DNA of 64,000 nt, from NCBI GenBank assembly GCA_964291215.2, contig OZ219790.1:2496001-2560000 (forward strand). Reading direction: 5' to 3'. The stretch is from Alphaproteobacteria bacterium. GTDB taxonomy: Bacteria > Pseudomonadota > Alphaproteobacteria > MPNO01 > UBA830. A program made the position numbers and the translations under genes. A model generated the notes under the pieces. The model was not told where the DNA came from and searched no databases. It was given only the letters and a program-made list of their open reading frames with translations. This document shows, in pieces, positions 53,193-62,714 of the stretch (within the stretch, counting starts at the first letter, position 1; every line of letters starts with the position of its first letter).

Positions 53193-54209
53193 CTATTTCG
53201 AGAGCCGCGCGACCTCGGCGATGACCTCGTCAACCAGGGCCGGCGTGTCAACGTTTTCCTTCAACCACTTCACCGCGGCCGGTCTGACGCGGTCCGCGAA
53301 TGCCTTCTTCATTTCTCTGGTGAAGGGGATGACGGTGACGCCCTTCTCCTTCGCCATGACGATGTTCTTGGCCTCCGCCGCCCGCGACGCCTTCCGGTTG
53401 TAGGCGACCGCGGCCTTGCCCGCCTCGAGCACCATCGCCTGGAGATCCTTCGACAGGCCGCCGAACCACTCGTCGTTGATGCCGAGCGGCCCGAAGGAAT
53501 AGATGTGGCCGTCGAGCATGAGGTATTTCTGGACCTCATGGAGCTTGATCAGGTTGAACACCCAGACCGCATTGTCCTGGCCGTCAACGACGCCGGTCTT
53601 GAGCGACGTGTAGAGCTCGGGAAACGAGATCGGCGTCGCCGAACCGCCCAGCGTCAGCACCGGTATCCCGAATATCGGCGCCATCACCCGCATCTTCTGC
53701 CCCTTCATGTCGTCGGGCTCGCGGATGGCGTGGTTCGAGCTGTAGTGCTTGAAGCCGCCGGATTCCCACCATCCGAGGACGCGGATTCCGGTCTTCTTTC
53801 GGATGTCTTCGGCCATGCGCGTACCGATCGGCCCGTCGAGCAGCTTCCAGGCCGTCTGCTCATCAGGAAACAGATAGGGCATGGAGAGCACCTGGATGTC
53901 CTTGTAGATCGAGGCGTAGTTGCCTTCGGAGGCATCGGACATCTGGATGATGCCGCGGCGCACCTGGTTGAGCCGCTCGTTGGGCTTGCCGAGCGCGCCG
54001 CCATAGACGATCTCCATCTTGAGCTTGCCGCCGGAACCCTTCTCGACCTCCGACTTGAACAGTTCGTACATGCCGTTGACCGGCTCGGCGCCCGGAAACC
54101 CCTTCTTGAGCATCAGGCCTGCCTTGAGATCCTGCGCCGACGCGGCATGCGAAATACCGGCGGCAACGATGGCGGCCGCGATCGCGGCCGTCTTGAGTAT
54201 CGTTTTCAT
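53193..54209 (-). CDS. TRAP transporter substrate-binding protein DctP
   Basis: Signal peptide; MPYLF, DMKGQKMRV, ELYTSLKTGVVDGQDN. Confidence 0.93.
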   Translation of the reverse strand: MKTILKTAAIAAAIVAAGISHAASAQDLKAGLMLKKGFPGAEPVNGMYELFKSEVEKGSGGKLKMEIVYGGALGKPNERLNQVRRGIIQMSDASEGNYASIYKDIQVLSMPYLFPDEQTAWKLLDGPIGTRMAEDIRKKTGIRVLGWWESGGFKHYSSNHAIREPDDMKGQKMRVMAPIFGIPVLTLGGSATPISFPELYTSLKTGVVDGQDNAVWVFNLIKLHEVQKYLMLDGHIYSFGPLGINDEWFGGLSKDLQAMVLEAGKAAVAYNRKASRAAEAKNIVMAKEKGVTVIPFTREMKKAFADRVRPAAVKWLKENVDTPALVDEVIAEVARLSK

Positions 54210-55933
54210 TGGTCTTCTCCTTGTGGATGTCCTGTCTGACTGTTCACTGTACCCGTCTGGGGCACAACACGCTCGAAACCGTACTCATTCCTCGCCCCGT
54301 CTTCCGTGATGTATCCGGCGTCGAGATCGGCCTCGACCAACTCGGCGCCCCGCTCGCGCGGGTCTCCGAGTCCGCCACCGCCCGGAAGCTCGACAACCAG
54401 GTGCTCGCCCCCGGGAATCTCGTGGACGGCCTTTCCGGCGAGCACGCGCCCGCCGGAAAGGCGCGCCGCGCCCGCGGCCCCGGGACGCCCGCCCTCGCGA
54501 CCGCGCGCAGGATTTTGCGTGCGATCGAAGGTGGCAGCCGACACGGTGAAGGGATGCTCCTCGGCGCTGCCGACCTCGATGACCTGGCCGAGGCCGCCGC
54601 GGAACGCGCCCGGACCTCCGGAATCGGGCAGGAACTCCTTGCGCCAGAACACGAGCGGCGCTTCCGATTCCGTCACCTCGACCGGTATCGCGCCGACGCC
54701 GCTCGGAAAGGCGGTGACCGAGAGGCCGTCCCTGCCCGGGCGCGCGCCGACGCCGCCCATGCCGACATTCATGACGTTGAACCGAGACGCGTTGCCCGGC
54801 GCGCCGCCAGCGTCAGCAAAGGGCAGCACCCAGATGCTGCCCGCGCTCTCGGCGGGCACGCGGCCGGGAAGCGCCTGGGCGAGGCAGCCGAAGGCGATGT
54901 CTGGCAGCATCTGGCCGATGACATGGCGCGCGGTAACCGGGCTCGGATGGACGGGATGGACGACGGAGCCGCGCTCGGCGACGATCCGGAGCACGCTCAG
55001 CGAGCCGTGGTTGTTGGGCACGGCGGGAGCGACGATGCACTTGATGCCGAAGCAGGTATAGGCCTCGGTGTAGCAGAGTGGCGAGTTGATACCGTAGGCC
55101 GACGCCGCCGAGGTGCCGCCGTAATCGACGACGATGCCGTCGTCGGAGACCGTCATTTCCGCCCTGATGCTGACCGGGGCGTCGTAACCATCGAGCTCCA
55201 TCTCGGTGCGGTAGCAGCCGTTTGGGACGGCGCGCACCGCCTCGGCCATCGCCGAGCGCGAACTCTCGATGATGTAGTCCGCGAGCGGAGCGATCTCATC
55301 GAGGCCAAACTCGGTCATCATCTCGTCGAGCCGCGCCCGCCCGGTATCGTTGCACGCCACGAGCGACAGGATGTCACCCTTCATCTCGACCGGATTCCGG
55401 CTGTTGGCGCAGAGGATGGCAAAGAGCTCGTCATTGAGCGCGTCGCCGCTCCTGAGCCGCGTGTGCGGAATCAGGATTCCCTCCTCGTAGATCGATCGCG
55501 CCTCCGCGGTGAAGCCGCGCCCGCCGACATCGATGACGTGGCAGGTCGAGGCGAACAGGGCGACCGGCTTTTCGTCGCGCCAGGCCGGCGTCACGACCAC
55601 GAAATCGAAGAGGTGGCCGGTGCCGAGCCAAGGGTCGTTGGTAACGAACACATCACCCGGGGCCATCACCGCGAGCGGGAAGCGCCCGAGAAAATGCTCG
55701 ACCGCCCGCGCCATGGTGTTGACGTGGCCGGGCGTGCCGGTGACCGCCTGCGCGATCATGCGGCCGCGGAGGTCGTAGATCCCGGCCGAGAGGTCGCCAG
55801 CCTCGCGGACCACCGAGCCGAACGCGGTCCTGAGGATGGTCTGCGCCTGCTCCTCGACCACCGCGACGAGGCGGTTCCACATCACCTGGCGGTGGATGGC
55901 GTTGAGGGCGGACGCGTCCGACGCCGGCTTCAT
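54206..55933 (-). CDS. Hydantoinase B / oxoprolinase family protein
   Basis: VREAGDLSAG, GDVFVTNDPW.GTGHLFD, DSGGPGAFRGGLG, PGGGGLGDP. Confidence 0.93.
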   Translation of the reverse strand: MKPASDASALNAIHRQVMWNRLVAVVEEQAQTILRTAFGSVVREAGDLSAGIYDLRGRMIAQAVTGTPGHVNTMARAVEHFLGRFPLAVMAPGDVFVTNDPWLGTGHLFDFVVVTPAWRDEKPVALFASTCHVIDVGGRGFTAEARSIYEEGILIPHTRLRSGDALNDELFAILCANSRNPVEMKGDILSLVACNDTGRARLDEMMTEFGLDEIAPLADYIIESSRSAMAEAVRAVPNGCYRTEMELDGYDAPVSIRAEMTVSDDGIVVDYGGTSAASAYGINSPLCYTEAYTCFGIKCIVAPAVPNNHGSLSVLRIVAERGSVVHPVHPSPVTARHVIGQMLPDIAFGCLAQALPGRVPAESAGSIWVLPFADAGGAPGNASRFNVMNVGMGGVGARPGRDGLSVTAFPSGVGAIPVEVTESEAPLVFWRKEFLPDSGGPGAFRGGLGQVIEVGSAEEHPFTVSAATFDRTQNPARGREGGRPGAAGAARLSGGRVLAGKAVHEIPGGEHLVVELPGGGGLGDPRERGAELVEADLDAGYITEDGARNEYGFERVVPQTGTVNSQTGHPQGEDQ

Positions 55934-58038
55934 GGCGCGGCCTCCCGCCCCGACGACAGGTCTTCCATGACGATATTGTCGCGCATGTCGATCGAGGCCA
56001 TGAAGTCAGCCGGAACGATGGTCGAGGTCTGGTCCTCCGCAATGACCGCGGGCCCGGCAATGTCCATCCCCCTCTCAAGCCCGCCGCGCCAGTAGACGGG
56101 ACAATCCACCATCCCGCCGAGCCCGGCGTCGTAGAGCCTGCGGGCGCCGCCGTTCGCCACGGAAGGTTGCGGCGGCGATGGCGGCAGTGCGCCGGCGGCC
56201 TGCGGTGCCTCGGCCGACACGGTCACCGACCACGACGTGCTCTCGACATCGAGCTCGGCGATGGTGAGCCCATAGATCTCGCCGTAGAGCGTCTCGAACC
56301 GTTCCCTCAGGAGAGCGGCGCCGCCGGCACCCAGCGGCGCGTCGTCGAGCGCGAGGCGCAGGTCATGGCCCTGTCCCGCATAGCGCAGCTCGACGGTGCG
56401 GCCGGCCGCGAGCGGGGCGCCGTCCGGCACACCCGGTGCGACGATCGCGGTCGCCTCCGCCACCATGCCCCGGAGCATGGCGTCGACGCGGGCACCGTCG
56501 AAATCCGACAGCATGACGCGGAGCGAGCGGACGACCGTGTAGCTGACCGGCGCCAGCAGGAAGCCGATCGCCGAGCCGACGCCAGCGCCTTTCGGGATCA
56601 CCACCCGGCGGATGCCGAGCTTCCGGGCGAGACGCCCAGCGTGGAGAGGTGCGCCGCCGCCGAAGGCGATCATGGTGTGCCGGGCGATGTCCTTTCCCCG
56701 TTCGACCGCGTGGACCCGGGCCGCGTTCGACATGTTCTCTTCCACCATCTCGGCAACGCCGACGGCCGGCCAGTGGTCGGCGAGACCGAGAGGCTCGCCG
56801 ACATCCCGCGCGAGCGCGAGAGAGGACCGGTCGGCCTCGAGCGCGATCCGGCCGCCAGCGAAGCGGTCGGGATCGAGCTTCCCCAGCACGAGGTTGGCGT
56901 CAGTGACCGTCGCGTTCCGCCCGCCGAGACCGTAGCAGGCAGGGCCCGGCTCGGAGCCGGCGCTCGACGGTCCAACCCGGATCTGTCCCATCTCGTCGAC
57001 GCGGGCGATAGAACCCCCGCCGGCGCCGATCTCGACCATCTCGATCACCGGCACGCGGACCGGCAGGCCGCTGCCCTTGAGGTCGCGGTATTTGCGCGCG
57101 ACCTCGAACGTCCGCGACCGCTCGGGCTCGCCGTTCTCGATCAGGCAGATCTTGGCCGTCGTCCCGCCCATGTCGAGCGAAAGCGCGTCGGCGAGCCCGC
57201 AATCCCCAGCGACATGGCCGGCCAGCATGACGCCGCCGGCAGGGCCGGACTCGACGAGTCGCACGGGAAACCTCGCCGCGTTCTCCAGCGTCGTCAGCCC
57301 GCCGCCCGACATCATCATGAAGAACGGGCACGTCAACCCACGTGCACCGAGGCTGCCGCGAAGCCTGTGGAGATAGCCCGACATCAGCGGCCGAACATAG
57401 GCGTTGGCGCAGGTCGTCGAAAAGCGCTCGTATTCGCGCATCTCGGGGCAAACCTCGCTCGAGAGGCACACCGTCGCGCCGTCGAGCTCGTCCTCGAGGA
57501 TGCGTCCGATCTCGCGCTCGTGCCCGGGATAGGCGTAGGCGTGTATCAGGCCGACGGCGACGGCCTCGACCTCCTCGTCCCTGAGCCGGGCGGCCACGGC
57601 GCGGATCTGGCCGGCGTCGAGCGTCGCGAGGACCCGCCCGGCCGCCGAGACGCGCTCGCGGACGGGGATGCGGAGCGACCGGGGAACCAGCGGAGCCGGA
57701 CGGTCCATGAACACGTCATACTGCTCGAACCGCTTCTCGAAGCCCATCTCGAGGATGTCCCGGAAGCCCTCCGTGGTCAGGAACGCCGTCTTCGCGCCCT
57801 TGCGCTCGATCAGAGCGTTGGTGGCGAGCGTCGTTCCGTGAACGAAGATGTCGATGTCGCGGGGCGCGATGCCAGCGCGGTCGAGGATGCGCGCGACGCC
57901 CTCGACGACGCCCTCCTCCGGCGCGCGCGGCGTCGTCAGGACCTTGGCCGTCCAGCGGCCGGCCGGCGCGTCGAGGACGATGTCGGTGAAGGTGCCCCCG
58001 ATATCGGCCGCCAGCCTTGTCTGCCGCGAGCCCGTCAT
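55930..58038 (-). CDS. Hydantoinase A / oxoprolinase family protein
   Basis: DIGGTFTD, HGTTLATNAL, ESGPAGG, DMGGTT, GAGGGS, SAGSEPGPACYG. Confidence 0.93.
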   Translation of the reverse strand: MTGSRQTRLAADIGGTFTDIVLDAPAGRWTAKVLTTPRAPEEGVVEGVARILDRAGIAPRDIDIFVHGTTLATNALIERKGAKTAFLTTEGFRDILEMGFEKRFEQYDVFMDRPAPLVPRSLRIPVRERVSAAGRVLATLDAGQIRAVAARLRDEEVEAVAVGLIHAYAYPGHEREIGRILEDELDGATVCLSSEVCPEMREYERFSTTCANAYVRPLMSGYLHRLRGSLGARGLTCPFFMMMSGGGLTTLENAARFPVRLVESGPAGGVMLAGHVAGDCGLADALSLDMGGTTAKICLIENGEPERSRTFEVARKYRDLKGSGLPVRVPVIEMVEIGAGGGSIARVDEMGQIRVGPSSAGSEPGPACYGLGGRNATVTDANLVLGKLDPDRFAGGRIALEADRSSLALARDVGEPLGLADHWPAVGVAEMVEENMSNAARVHAVERGKDIARHTMIAFGGGAPLHAGRLARKLGIRRVVIPKGAGVGSAIGFLLAPVSYTVVRSLRVMLSDFDGARVDAMLRGMVAEATAIVAPGVPDGAPLAAGRTVELRYAGQGHDLRLALDDAPLGAGGAALLRERFETLYGEIYGLTIAELDVESTSWSVTVSAEAPQAAGALPPSPPQPSVANGGARRLYDAGLGGMVDCPVYWRGGLERGMDIAGPAVIAEDQTSTIVPADFMASIDMRDNIVMEDLSSGREAAP

Positions 58039-58104
58039 GTGCCGGATGCTCTCATCTCCTGCAGCCACCGATAGCATGGTACGGTAGATGCAACCAGTGT
58101 TGCA

Positions 58105-58130
58105 AATTTATTGCAAATTTGCAATAAATT
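58105..58130. promoter_or_regulatory. Perfect 26-bp palindrome in a divergent promoter (putative operator)
   Basis: AATTTATTGCAAATTTGCAATAAATT equals its own reverse complement. Confidence 0.7.
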
Positions 58131-58154
58131 GCGCTCCGAAACGGCATCCGGCCC

Positions 58155-59414
58155 ATGGAGAGTTACGCCCCCTGCACACTGGAAGACTGCCACGCTCTCG
58201 ACGGGCGCGATCCCCTCGCTGGGCTGCGCGCGAAGTTCGCCCTGCCGGAGACCGGCCGCCTTCATCTCGACGCCAATTCCATCGGCGCGATGCCGGCCGA
58301 CGCGCCCGGCCGGGTCGCGCGCCTGCTTGCGGGAAGCTGGCGCGACAAGGGCCGGCGCTCGTGGTCCACCGAGGACTGGCTGGAGAAGCCGCGGGAGCTC
58401 GGCGCCGCGATCTCGCACATGGTCGGCGCCGCTCCCGGCGATGTGGTCGTGTGCGACAGCACCACGGTCAACCTGTTCAAGCTGCTCTGCCATGCGTGGA
58501 TACTGCGCGCCGGCGGCAACGTGATCCTCACCGAGAGCCACAACTTTCCGACCGATGTCCATGTCGCCCAGGGCTTCGTGCGGCTGCTCGCCGATCTCGG
58601 GGTGGAGGCAGAAGTCCGAATGGCGGAGAGCCGCAACCGGCTCGCCGACATGCTGGATCGCGACGTGGCGGTCCTCTACCTTACCCAGACGGACTACCGA
58701 TCGAGCGAGCGCTGGGACATGGCCGAGATCAACCGGCTTGCGAGGTCGGCGGATGCGCTCACCCTGTGGGACCTTTCCCATTCCGCGGGCGCGCTCGATA
58801 TTGACCTCGCCGGGGACGGAACGGACTTCGCGGTCGGGTGCGGCTACAAGTATCTGTGCGGCGGCCCGGGCGGCCCGGCGTTCCTCTTCGTCAACCCCGC
58901 GCACCAGGGCGCCGCCTGGCCGGCCATCGCCGGATGGATGGGGCACGCGCAGTGGGACAGGTTCCTTGCCGACTACGAGCCCGCCGCAGGCGTTTCGAGC
59001 CACCTCACAGGCACGCCCCCGGTCGTGGCCAACGAGATCTTCGGCGCGGCGGCGGATATCTGGCGCACGGCAAGCCGCCGCGAAGTGGCGGCGAAACACG
59101 AATCGCTCACCGGGACGCTGATCGCGCTCCTCGACCAGGAATGCGGCGCCCTCGGCGCCCGGGTGACTTCGCCCAGGGAGTACGGGCGGCGGGGCGGCCA
59201 TGTCTCGTTCGCCCATGCCGGCGCGGGACCGGTCACGGAAGCCCTCGCCGACCACGGGCTGGTCGGCTCGTTCCGCCATCCCGATTCGATCCGGTTCGGG
59301 CTGAGCCCGCTCTATCACAGCCATGAAGACGTCTGGAATGCGGTCGCGATCGTCAAGGACGTGCTGCAGCGCGAGGCGTGGCGAGACCCCAGATACGCGA
59401 CGGTCGCGATTTAG
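58155..59414 (+). CDS. kynU: Kynureninase-like PLP enzyme
   Basis: LDANSIG, DSTTVNLFK, NFPTD, WDLSHSAG, GCGYKYLCGGPG, RGGHVSF, IRFGLSPLY. Confidence 0.85.
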   Translation: MESYAPCTLEDCHALDGRDPLAGLRAKFALPETGRLHLDANSIGAMPADAPGRVARLLAGSWRDKGRRSWSTEDWLEKPRELGAAISHMVGAAPGDVVVCDSTTVNLFKLLCHAWILRAGGNVILTESHNFPTDVHVAQGFVRLLADLGVEAEVRMAESRNRLADMLDRDVAVLYLTQTDYRSSERWDMAEINRLARSADALTLWDLSHSAGALDIDLAGDGTDFAVGCGYKYLCGGPGGPAFLFVNPAHQGAAWPAIAGWMGHAQWDRFLADYEPAAGVSSHLTGTPPVVANEIFGAAADIWRTASRREVAAKHESLTGTLIALLDQECGALGARVTSPREYGRRGGHVSFAHAGAGPVTEALADHGLVGSFRHPDSIRFGLSPLYHSHEDVWNAVAIVKDVLQREAWRDPRYATVAI

Positions 59415-59432
59415 CGCAGAGGAACGACGGCA

Positions 59433-60506
59433 ATGACGGCACCGGACGGCAACAAACCCCAAATCGCGCGCCTCAAGGCCTATTACACGGAACTCGAAGC
59501 CGACCGCACCTATGTGTGGTGCAGTTGCGGCCGGAGCGCAGCGCAGCCGTTCTGCGACGGAAGCCATGCCGACACCGGCCTTCGGCCGGTGTGCTACCGG
59601 GCCGCGGCGGACGGAGAAGAGGTGCTGTTCTGCGGCTGCAAGCACACCGGCACGCCGCCGTTCTGCGACGGCGCGCATAACGGACTCGTCGATACCTATC
59701 CCGACGACGACCCTGACAGCGAACGAAACCGCGCGATCCCGTTCGCCGACATCCCGGACGGCCCGCGGGTGGCGCTCAATGGCGGCTGCTACGTGTTCTC
59801 GGCCGACCGCGCGCCGAAGGCCGAACGGGGCCCGGTCAGGTACTGCACGGTAATCGGGCCCGAGCACGGCTCGATCCACCAGTCGCAGTTCTGTTTCGAG
59901 GTCGGCGCCGGGGACGCGCCGGCAATGACGTTCGGCGACCGCCATGTCGTGCTGTTCATCTCCGAAGGAGATGCCGAGGTCACGATATCAGGGCGGAGCT
60001 TCGCCGCCGAGACCCATTCGGGCGTCTATGTCCGGCCGGGCGAGGCGTTCGCCGTGACCGGAAGGACGGGAGGGTCGACCAGGTTCCTCGCCTCGGTGTG
60101 CCCGCGCGCAAAGGCGCCAGAATGGGTCGACGACATGCCGGACGGTTTCGACGAAGCGTATCCGGTTCGGGTGGTGTCGCTCGATCCGGCGCAGCGCCAT
60201 GGAATGGCCAACCGCTCTTTCCAGATGCTCGTGGACAAGGGGGTCGGATCGAATGTGGTCGCCCAGTTCATCGGCCACATTCCGCTCTCGAAGGCGGCGC
60301 CGCATCGCCACCTCTACGAGGAAGCGCTCCTCATACTCTCGGGACAGGGCTGCATGTGGACGGATAATCTCAAGGCTCCGGTGCGGGCCGGCGACGTGAT
60401 CTTCCTGCCGTGCAAGCAGATCCACTCGGTCGAGGCAACCAACGACAAGGGCATGCTCGTCGTCGGGACCATCTGCCCCGGCGACAATCCCGCGATCAAT
60501 TACTGA
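59433..60506 (+). CDS. Tandem CDGSH iron-sulfur domains fused to cupin domain(s)
   Basis: WCSCGRSAAQPFCDGSH and FCGCKHTGTPPFCDGAH; C-terminal PHRHLYEE..G.G..GDVIFLP..H cupin metal motif. Confidence 0.85.
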   Translation: MTAPDGNKPQIARLKAYYTELEADRTYVWCSCGRSAAQPFCDGSHADTGLRPVCYRAAADGEEVLFCGCKHTGTPPFCDGAHNGLVDTYPDDDPDSERNRAIPFADIPDGPRVALNGGCYVFSADRAPKAERGPVRYCTVIGPEHGSIHQSQFCFEVGAGDAPAMTFGDRHVVLFISEGDAEVTISGRSFAAETHSGVYVRPGEAFAVTGRTGGSTRFLASVCPRAKAPEWVDDMPDGFDEAYPVRVVSLDPAQRHGMANRSFQMLVDKGVGSNVVAQFIGHIPLSKAAPHRHLYEEALLILSGQGCMWTDNLKAPVRAGDVIFLPCKQIHSVEATNDKGMLVVGTICPGDNPAINY

Positions 60507-60596
60507 ACTGCCGAGGCGACCGGCAACGCCTGCCTTGGCAGTTCACCCAAAACGGGAACCGCAGTCCCGCTCGGGAGCGTCGGCGCTATCAATAAC

Positions 60597-60822
60597 TTGT
60601 GCGCGCACACATTCTGACATTTCCAAGCGAGCATCGGCATTGCGGCGATCCGCGTTCGGATTTCTGGCGAAACATCGAGCAGATCAGCGTTGGCCTCGCC
60701 ACGATCCAAAACGCTGTCCAAGAATTCCTGTTCTGCCGTCATCAGGTCAAACAGCAACGCAAATCGCTCGCGACACAGCGCGATCGTCTCCTCGATCCAT
60801 GCGTCGATCGCCCCCTTGCCGG
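60597..60822 (-). pseudogene. AbiEii toxin 3'-end duplicate
   Basis: Near-identical to about 23286-23508 (GAIDAWIEETIALCRERF..MPMLAWKCQNVCAH). Confidence 0.85.
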
Positions 60823-60853
60823 TTTTTTTGCCGGGTACTGTAACTTGATGTCT

Positions 60854-61249
60854 CCCCCGTTCCATAGTGAAGTGCAACACATGATGGGCTGTAGCCATGT
60901 GTTTTTAGACGCATGATGTTGCGGAGCGGTAGCGGCGAGAGTTCCTGTACAAGATGAAGGGAGCTTGTTCATGTCCAAAGACTACCGTCACCTACGAAGA
61001 GCGATGTCAGATTGAGGCAGAAAAGCGGTCTTTCACAAGGTGCGATTGCTCGGCAGCTGGGCCGATCAACAATTTTCCGGGAGATCAAGCGCAACACCGG
61101 GGGACGGGGTTACCGTCACAAGCAGGCGCAAAGGATGGCAGAAACGCAGGGCCGCCTCGTCTGTTTCTTGGCGGTTGACGCCTCGGGCTGAAGCTCAGAA
61201 AAAGCTGCGGGAGGGCCCCGAGCAGATCGGTCAGATCGGCAGCCAGATC
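60854..61249 (+). pseudogene. IS30-family 5' fragment, preceded by a 20-bp IS256 end at 60834
   Basis: MSKDYRH..TYEERCQI..TISREIKRNTGGRGYRHKQAQ. Confidence 0.7.
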
Positions 61250-62443
61250 GGTACTGTAACTTGATGTCTGGAAATTTGTCTGAGGTTTGCGCTTTGAGGC
61301 GTTTCACTGGGGGGCTAGCCCCCCAGTGAAACGCGGCGCCATCGTGCTATCCCATGGAGCTGTAAAACCTTCATGGAGGAAGCGAATGGACCTGCGACAC
61401 ACTACGACGATCGGGACTGTTTTGGAACATCTGATCGCAAACGGAGCAACGGATCCGGGGCGGGTCTTTGGCCAGCTCTTCGAGCTTGCGATGCAAATCG
61501 AGCGCGAGCAGCACTTGAAAGCGGGCCACCGGAGCGACAGGGCCAACGGCTACAAGCGGATCGACACCCCCACTGTTACCGCTCAGGTGCCAAACGGTCA
61601 CGGGGACGACCCGTCCCCAGTCGCTTGAACGCGGCCAGCGATCTTCTCGCGCCGTAGCCGAGATGTACATCAAGGGTGTTTCCACGCGGCAAGATGTAAT
61701 GCGCGAGTTCGGGAGCCTGTCCTCTTCTCAGGGGCCACCAGGTTGCTCGATGAAGAACTCGCCGCGCAACCGGCCCCTGATGAAATACCTGGATGCGCGC
61801 TACGAAAAAGCCCGCCATGACGGCGTTGTGCGCGATGTTGCAGTGCTCTCGGCCATCGGAACAGGGGCTGCAGGCACGTTCCGGGGCTCTCTGTGGCGCT
61901 CTCCGAGGCCGAGGTCCATTGAAGAGCCTTCCTGGAAAGCTTGCTAGCCCTGCATGGTACGACCTTCATCGTCTCGGATGCCGGGCTGAAAGCGGCACGG
62001 TGCTGGGCGCGGCGATGTGGCAGCGCTGCCAGTTCCACCTGGCGCAAAACGCCGTGCACCGAACAACGACATCAGGAAACGTATCGGAAAACAGCTCGGA
62101 GCCACGCCTCCTCACTCCAAACCGCCGAGGTTGAACTGGGCGCCCTCGTGGCCAGCGACAAGCATCCAGGCTTCCTGGCTGGAAAAGAATGCGGGGCTCG
62201 CTGTCTTCACCTTGCCCGATGCTCACCGCAAGCGTATGCGAACCTCGAACGGCATCGAGCGACCGATCCAGCAAGAGCTCAAGCGGCGCACCTCCAAAGT
62301 CAGGGTCTTTCCGAACCTCGCCTCGTTGGAGCGCCTCTCAACCGCAGTCCTCATCGACGAAAAATGGAAAACCGAAACCAAGATCAAATGGGAACAGCTC
62401 GATCAGCTTCACGACAATTTCCAGACATCAGGTTGCGTAATCC
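61250..62443 (+). mobile_element. IS256-family element, degenerate
   Basis: IRs GGTACTGTAACTTGATGTCTGGAAAT and ATTTCCAGACATCAGGTTGCGTAATCC; EMYIKGVSTR, YLDARYEK, WQRCQFH, RTSNGIER..ELKRRT. Confidence 0.85.
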
Positions 62444-62714
62444 ACAGACAAAAACGCCAACGCAAACAACATGGATTCGATTATTTGGTGACAGACCCTA
62501 AGGAGGGTGATCTCGAAATAGCATAGCAATCGACGAGCTTCCCGCTTTCCTTCCAGCCCGGCCTTGTCGGCGGCGATCTGTGCTCGAATTTGGATGGAAC
62601 GAACTGTCGCCAGGATTTCGAAGAGAAGCTCGGCCGGCCCTGCCTTGACGCCGGAGCGCGCTTGGGCATGATTTTCCGGGGCCGATGACGCGGCTGGAAC
62701 CTGGGGGCACAGCG

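Noticed and set aside
54209-59945. Three ORFs of about 630 aa (54209, 56167, 58035)
   Set aside because: Antisense shadows of the hydantoinase and kynU genes.
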